Of a stretch of DNA of 64,000 bases, positions 62,255-64,000 are shown piece after piece. Position numbers and translations under genes: made by a program. The stretch lies in NCBI RefSeq assembly GCF_009914755.1, contig NC_060938.1. One strand, 5' to 3'. Within the stretch, counting starts at the first letter, position 1; every line of letters begins with the position of its first letter. The notes below the pieces were generated by a model. It did no database searches, was not told the DNA's origin, and saw only the letters and a list, made by a program, of their open reading frames with translations. Source of the stretch: the human T2T-CHM13v2.0 reference genome, Homo sapiens.

Positions 62255-63296
62255 TCAGGTTGAACAGACTATAGACCAATCTGGTTGTTGCCCAGCTCTA
62301 GGGATGCATTGCATCTGGTGCAAGCTGCATACTAGTCATGAACAGTAGGACCCTGTTGTCAATCTATGACAGATTGAAAATTAAATATGTGCTTCATCAT
62401 AGACGTTTGAAAAGCACTGGTTTATACCACACTGTTCTGCTTCATCTCTTATTCAGTCTTCAAGCCATTTCCATTTGGTATCTGCCCTTCACCTGCTGAA
62501 AATGCCACAGGAAAGGTCACTGACCTTCATAGGGCCAAATTCAGTGTATTATTTTTTTGTCCCCATTATATGTGACATCTCTGCAGCATTTGGCACCCTC
62601 TGCTTTGTAACATCACAGAAGGTATGTTCTCCTCCTACCTCTTTGACAATTCTTTCCTTTTTCTAGGCTTCTCTTCCTTTGCCCACTCTTGGACTGTTTC
62701 TCTTCTTCTACGATACTCACAAATTTTTGCTGGGCGTCTTATTGATGCTCCATGGTTTTAACTGTATGCTACTGATTTCCAAGCTCTATTTCCAGGGTTA
62801 TAAACTTGATGGTATGTTAATGTGCTTAAGACAAAATAAATCAGTTTAAAGGTGCTTTTTTTTTTTCAAGATAAGCAGAGAATCAGTTTTTTTTTCATTT
62901 ATCTATTTAAAAAGTGCTTATTTATTTTTTAAGAGAAGGGGTCTCACTCTGTCACCAACGCTGGAGAATAGTGTTGCACTAAGCAACACTATTTTTAATG
63001 TAAAAAATGTATATTATTCAAAAACATTACTCTGAAGAGGAGTTCGTAGTCTTTACCAGATGCCCAAAGAATCTTTGGAAAAAGGTTAGGAAGGCCTGTA
63101 GAAACTCATGCCTCCATGACAATACCCATGTGGAACACAGAGCTCCCAGTTGGTTTTTACTTTGGCCCTAGGCCTTCTCCCAAATGATTTAATGGAAGTG
63201 GTGATAAAAAGGCCCTTTTTGTTCTTGATATTAAGGAGATTCTTAGTGAAGAAAGCCTGTTGGAACATTTCAAATAACAATTCTAGGCTGGGCTCA

Positions 63297-63620
<324 letters not shown>

Positions 63621-63643
63621 TTATTTCCTCTAAGTGCTGTTTA

Positions 63644-63814
<171 letters not shown>

Positions 63815-64000
63815 TTATAGTCCTAGCTACTCAGGAGGCTGAGGTGGGAGGATCGCTTGATCCCAGTTTTAGGTTGCAGTGAGCTGTGATGGCACAACTA
63901 CACTCTGGCCTGAGTGACAGAGCAAGACCCTGTTTCAAAAAATAAATAAATAATAAAATAAAACTCACTTCTAGAAAATCTTTTCTCTTTTGGATCCGTT

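Overview
Primate, very probably human, genomic DNA with no intact protein-coding gene, no CpG island and no recognisable spliced exon, so it is intergenic or deep intronic. About 90 Alu copies or fragments (counted by eye) dominate, alongside old L1, L2, MIR, MaLR LTR and Tigger fragments. The main feature is a HERV-H locus at 16.3-21.2 kb: a solo LTR7B-like LTR with its own GGATC target-site duplication (TSD), and a separate 5'-deleted provirus retaining the integrase end, a full-length but disabled env and a 3' LTR, interrupted by an AluY and an L1PA tail. Also present are a U6 snRNA pseudogene (41.9 kb), a solo ERV1 LTR (59.2-60.0 kb), an RPL23A processed pseudogene (60.2-60.7 kb) and a strong CTCF motif (38.78 kb). 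I found no convincing new biological system. The most unusual signals are the false LTR pair, a 51-bp templated insertion inside an Alu, a fold-back hairpin in an Alu, and a short A-tailed double-hairpin retrocopy. Repeat subfamily names are recalled from consensus sequences, not from a database search.
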